Made by a program: the position numbers and the translations under genes. Under the pieces are notes generated by a model. It saw nothing but the letters and a program-made list of their open reading frames with translations. It was not told the origin of the DNA and did not search any database. 64,000 bases of DNA, taken from contig CM074804.1 of assembly GCA_037447605.1 (NCBI GenBank), forward strand, positions 8,471,909 to 8,535,908, read 5' to 3'. Shown here piece after piece: positions 62,724 to 64,000 of this stretch. Every line of letters begins with the position of its first letter. The first letter of the stretch is position 1. Source of the stretch: Zygnema circumcarinatum SAG 698-1b. Lineage: Eukaryota > Plantae > Zygnematophyceae.

Positions 62724-63890
62724 TCACACATTAAAGCACCTTGGAAAGTGATGGCCTCCCACGTAGCCTCCTGCCATCGACTTTCGGACGTTCAACTCAA
62801 ACTGCCGCGGATTGTCCCTCAAGACTTCTGCAGCTTCGTGGTTAAGGGGATCGTCTGGATTAGGGTCCTGCATAAATGAGCAAAAGGATTCCATCCCCTC
62901 TTCTTTTCCCTTCAGAATGCAGGCCGACATGCACGTACAGAAAGGCATCTGCATACAAAGAAAAGCAGTCCAAAACTCCCTCTTTCTTCCCGCCCTTTCG
63001 ACCTTTCCCTTCCCCTCTCTTGCTTGAGCGATGTAAAACAGTCAAAGTCCAACAAAGGTCAGCAGTACATCTGCTACTCAGCTAGTTGCCATAGATTGCA
63101 CTGAAGATTTGACGAGAACAATAACACGTATACATTGGAATTGCTTATGGTAGCTGGGTTCAAGAGATGCTAATATCCCTTTTCACTCAGACAGCCAAAG
63201 ACAGCAAAAATCCTGATGAGTCAGAGAACCCGAAAAGCCTCATGGAAAGCTAAAGTGTTCGATCTCCGGTAGACAATACGTCATCAAAGTCCAATCGTCT
63301 ACATATGCGGTAAAGCCCAATATGTATTAACAGGGAAGACTAAAATGCACTTCCGAGCCTGAAATCAATATACAGTGCATGGAACTTACAAGAAATAGAT
63401 ACTGAAGACCATAGATGATAGAATTAACACTGAGAACTGGCTTCCAATCCTCCCGTAATATATTCAAGCAAACGTTTCCCTCCAAGTCTATATTTGGATG
63501 ATACACCTAAATACCAAACACCTCCCAAAAAGCCAAATTAGTCTTCACGGGAATACGCATACCGAAGGTAAGGGCATAAGAGTGAATAACGAAGGAGAGT
63601 CGGGCAAAAAGACATTAAGGAACAAGCCTACATGTGGCCTATCATGCACTGAAACGGCACAAAGTAAAGCTATTCGTAACCCTAAAGCACACATTGCTTG
63701 CAAGGAAGGTATATTTATATTCAATCAAACCCATGTCATGTACAGCGTACAATTCAAAAGCGTCTCTACGTTCATCTCACATTTGTCTTGCATTTCACCT
63801 TCGGCGCCTCATGTGGGTACACCTGCGGAATCAAAAAAGTAAACACAAATGTCCCACCCCTGTCCCAAACAATCCAACACATACAAACTA
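62724..63890 (-). CDS. UBC12: NEDD8/RUB-conjugating enzyme RCE1/UBC12, 3' part (5' exons lie outside the window)
   Basis: [88 protein letters not shown]. Confidence 0.92.
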
Positions 63891-64000
63891 AACAGTCAAG
63901 TTCATGAAAAGGAAACCCTAAAACCGGAATCCTATGCAGTGCACACTGGGAGTCATCAGAATACGAGAATGACGAATCAATCATTGAACAGCACAAGATA

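Overview
Eukaryotic nuclear DNA, most likely from a streptophyte green alga (inferred from plant-type proteins, GT-AG introns and TTAGGG/AAACCCTA motifs). It is a draft assembly with several 10-N gaps. Bases 1-8.1 kb are a nest of Ty3/gypsy (chromovirus-type) LTR-retrotransposon pieces. Bases 8.1-16 kb hold a ~380-bp exon-plus-intron tandem array, remnants of a TPR pseudogene and a 450-bp TRIM family whose LTRs contain a tRNA-like sequence. Two blocks in the first 16 kb are duplicated across gaps, probably by the assembler. Bases 16-64 kb are gene-dense: ATG6/Beclin, GLTP, a SAWADEE/AT-hook/RRM-like protein, a CHI-fold FAP, a CPBP protease, a class A beta-lactamase-fold serine hydrolase, RPLP2, ProRS, a DHH phosphoesterase, ELP6, NOP56 and partial RCE1/UBC12. 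A MULE-like foldback and a hAT-like MITE sit in the ProRS/DHH intergenic region. The best leads are: (1) two paralogous ~250-nt box C/D RNAs in NOP56 introns whose two conserved guides both match the D-arm of Ser/Leu tRNAs; (2) a recently inserted TRIM with tRNA-derived LTRs; (3) an intron-containing bacterial-type beta-lactamase-fold gene with an intact catalytic motif set; (4) a covarying hairpin with a quasi-palindromic loop shared by three diverged LTRs. Gene boundaries were read by eye from splice signals and are approximate; family names come from motif recognition, not database searches.
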